From the NCBI GenBank assembly GCA_964036045.1, contig OZ038378.1:121334001-121398000 (forward strand): 64,000 bases of DNA. Reading direction: 5' to 3'. The number at the start of each line of letters is the position of its first letter. Positions within the stretch are counted from its first letter, which is position 1. Shown here in pieces: positions 60,710 through 64,000 of the stretch. The notes below the pieces were generated by a model, which had not been told where the DNA came from, searched no databases, and saw only the letters and a program-made list of their open reading frames with translations. Both the position numbers and the translations under genes were made by a program. This DNA is from Eutreptiella sp. 'Long Island Sound 2002' (lineage: Eukaryota; Protista; Euglenida).

Positions 60710-63700
60710 TTGGAACACAGGACCATGCAGGAACGTTCCAAGGCCACCTGGGTGAAGACCTTCCCCAGTTCACCGAACCTGGGGTTCCCGTAGGCCATCC
60801 TGAAAGAGGGCCAGTAAAATTTGTAGCTGCAGTTTTTCCCCTTGCTGCAGTAAAGGTCAAAGACATGTTGCTTGTCGCTGGCGAGCAGCTGCACACTTAG
60901 GTCTTCTCTGGAGTAACCCAACTCCTTCAGACCTTGGTCTAGGACCTCCCCGAATAGTTGATAGTCCCCAGCTTTGGAGGCCGCCATCATGTTCGAGGGC
61001 TTCTCCTTCGATACCCTTAGGTAGCTCGAGGTATACTCTGACTGCTCCAGTGGCACGGACTCTTTGCCATTGCCGTGGTCCACGTAGAGGAAGTAGGCGC
61101 TTGTAAGGTCAGGGATTGTATCTGGAAGTGCTGCACGAAGAAGTCAGTCCCGAAGACAAAGTCGAAGGCCTAAGTGTCCATCACATAGAACCGATGGGCA
61201 ATAGTTCCGGAGCCCATTGGTTCCTTTACTTCACAGTCCCGGCAGCTGTGCACCACATGTCCATCCCCCATTCGTATATCCGCGCTGGTCATGGTGTTCT
61301 TCAGGCTCCCACAAGGTAAACTTTCCTTGACCACTATAGATATGGTGGCTCCAGTATCCAATACCCCCAGGGTATTCACGTCCGCCTAGTCCGATGCGTA
61401 CCCAGAACACCAGGTCCAGGGCCCCACCAAAGCGTTGCTGTCAGAACTCCGCGGGACAGGTCACCTCAAACCCCTTGTTCCGCAATTTGCGGGCAATCCT
61501 CATGAAACGGCATCTCTTTTTGGTATTGCCGTCATCGCCACCTTCATGCTCACGCTTGGCCCCTTGCTCTCACTGGCCCTGAGTCTCCGAGCCTGTGGTA
61601 GGACCAGACTGCCCTCCAGAGGGGTCGGAGCTCCCCCCTGGATTAGGGTTGGGATTGCCTCTGTTCCTGTCCAGGTTCTTGTTGTCCTTGTCTGGCTGGC
61701 GGTTAGCACCTCCTCCTCGTCCACCTTGACTCTTGTCTTGCCCTTTTCCACGTCCTTTCGACATGCCCTTGCCGGATTTGTTGCCGTTGCCCTTGCCACC
61801 GCCCTTGCCGGAGCCTTTGCCAGGACCCTTGCCCTACAGCTTCGCCGACAGGCGCTGCTTGTGGTAGCACTCATCCTCGTAGTGCTTCCTCTTCCCACAG
61901 AAGGCACAGGTGATAGTACACCTGTAGTGATCCGGCATCTTAGCCTTGGCGCCGGTGTTGGTCTCCCGCTTCTTCCCTCCGACTACGAAGCAATCTCGCT
62001 GCTCGCATTCAGGGGCCTGCTGCAGGTGGCCATGCTCATCTCTGGCATCACACCAGAAGAGCTCCTTGACATTGTCCATGATACGGGCGTGCTTGGAGGT
62101 AGTCCCCTGTCCAGGTCTCGGTCCTTGGTACCCTCTTACATGGCTTCCAGAGCCTCCCCCTCCAGGACGGTCAGCCTTCAAGTGCTGGTTGCTTTCTTTC
62201 TCCAGCGCCAGCTCCAAGAGTAGCACACATGACTCCTCGTAGTGCAGGGCTCTAGCCTTGCGCTCTGCCGTTGACCGGCACTCGTCCCACAGCTCCTGAG
62301 AGAGCTTCGCCAGCAACCAGAAAAGCAGGTCGTCGCTGCTGTAGGAACCAGGCGTCAATCGTCCAGCCCAGTGATCCGGGTCAGCCAGTAGCTCAGAGAC
62401 CCTGCCAGGTTTTCTGGTTGTTGGGCAGCACGGCCAGGTTCTGGATCTCCACCCTGATGGAGGGGTCGGTTTCATAGGTTGGGTACTGCCTCCCCAAGGC
62501 AACCAACACGTCGGCAAAGGTGGCAAATTTGGTCACGATATGCTTGACCTGCTTCTCTGGGTACTTGGTCTTGCAGCACTGCAGGAGCAGATCACACTTG
62601 ACTCGCCCACTAGCATGCATTTGGCTGGTCGTTCGGAGGAACCGGCCAAAATTCTCAGCGAACTCGCTGAGGTCCTTGCCTGTGAACTCAGGCAAGTTCA
62701 CCACGATTTTGGAGGTCGCAATAGCCTTAGCCCCTCCAGACCTGCGTCCCTCAGGGCGCCTGGTCTTCCTCTTCTTCTTCTTCCTCCGCCCACTCGGGTT
62801 CTCAGGGTCCCCAGGGTCATTGTCCTCCGAGGGCGAAGCAGAAGTCATGGACGGCGGCTCATCATCAGAGGGGTCTCCGCCTAGGTCACTAGAGCCATAG
62901 GGCTCCACGTCAATCATTGCCCTCAGGGCTGTAGGCCCCAGCCGGTTTAGCTCGGCTCTCGTGGAATTCCCCACGTGGCTGTAGGGAGGCTCGGCTGTTC
63001 TTGGTATGAAAGGGCTTCTCCGTATCACTGCAGGGGTCGGCATCGGTGGGCTCCTCAGGCTCCCCAGGGTGTTTGTCAACCCCACCACCAGATGGTTGGC
63101 TTGTACTCCGTGGGGTGAATCTCCCAGGACGTTAGGCAACACTTGGGGAGGAATCAGGGGCCCCAGTTTAGCCCGAATCTCTTGAGTGAGATCCCCAACA
63201 ATTTTAGAAGTGGCTCCCCGGATTGCCTCATTGATCTCCGACCGCGTCAGGGACCTGTTGGAGGATCTCCCTGATCCTATACTCCTGCTCCCGCATGACT
63301 CAGGGCCTCTCTCCAGCCCACTCAGGGTTGCATACCCAGGAACATCCACATAGGCTCCCGTAACGGGTAGAGGATGGTGATAGTCAGCCGCATCCCATCG
63401 CGGCGCAGAACTTGAGGCCACTGGCTCACTGGCAGTAGTTGCCTCTGGAAACGCAGTGGTAGATGGGTCCACACCATAGGCAGGGTAGGTAGGCATACCA
63501 GTAAAGCCTGTGCCCTCAGCCATAGGCGGGGTGGTTATGGGTGTGGATGTTGCAGCGGCTGGGTCCGGAGTTGGGAGTGTGGTGGTTGTAGGAGAGGGTG
63601 ATGCGTGGAGGCCGGAGGCGCTTGGCGCCCTCGAAGGTCGACTCACTCGTCGGGTCGTGCTCATGGTCTACTGTTTTGTCTGCCATGCTTTCTCCTGCAT

Positions 63701-64000
63701 CCCTCTCTCTCTCCCTCTTTCTCTTCACAGGGTTGGTTTCCACCTCCTCGACTGGTAAGGCCCGGAAGGCCGACTGAAGTCCCTCCAGCGAGTCATCAAC
63801 CACGTCCACTGGCCCATGTAAGGGCACAAAAGGTACAGCGCTAGGTCCAGGTCCAGGTTCACGAGGTGCTGGCATTGCTGGTGCATCACGCACCGTCCTC
63901 ACATCGGTGTCCTCCTACTTTGTGTCCATATTCGCCCTTCTTGCTTATGACAGTTCTTGGCGCACTGGTTGTACGGCACTGGTTGCTGTTGGTACGCAGA
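60710..64000 (-). mobile_element. Ty3/gypsy lineage D, copy D2 (gag-PR-MTase-like), truncated within the Dam-like domain
   Basis: gag ORFs 62393..63664 and 61834..62526 (CAFCGKRKHYEDEC). PR VLDTGATISIV (61170..61379). Dam-like VQLLAS...YKFYWPSFRMAYGNPRF (60710-60960). Confidence 0.9.

Overview
Eukaryotic, GC-rich, gene-free stack of nested and decayed transposable elements. I found no intact host gene, rRNA or CRISPR array. GT-AG introns argue for a eukaryote, probably a protist or alga, but the taxon cannot be assigned from this window. Contents: (i) three distinct Ty3/gypsy-type LTR retrotransposon lineages, here B (2 copies), C (1 copy) and D (2 copies), with RT-RNaseH-DDE integrase order and gag and protease where preserved; (ii) a non-LTR-like family A (5 pieces) with a (CCTA)n-type 3' tail, degenerate coding cargo and no visible RT; (iii) a 5'-truncated RNase H-bearing LINE with poly(A) and TSD; (iv) two tandem-array elements (about 208-bp and 127-bp units) ending in microsatellite tails; (v) a 7.5-kb intron-containing DNA transposon with a Transib/RAG1-like transposase; (vi) a 6.25-kb LTR element without recognisable gag/pol, containing a MITE-like insert. 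The two strongest signals both suggest TE-encoded DNA-modification machinery. All three gypsy lineages carry a Dam-like (N6-adenine methyltransferase-like) domain upstream of RT, between protease and RT where the protease is preserved. The Transib-like transposon carries a TET/JBP-like 2OG-Fe(II) dioxygenase domain and possibly a Ulp1-like protease. All domain calls are by-eye motif matches on frameshifted copies and need HMM or structure confirmation. Boundaries not defined by TSDs are approximate.
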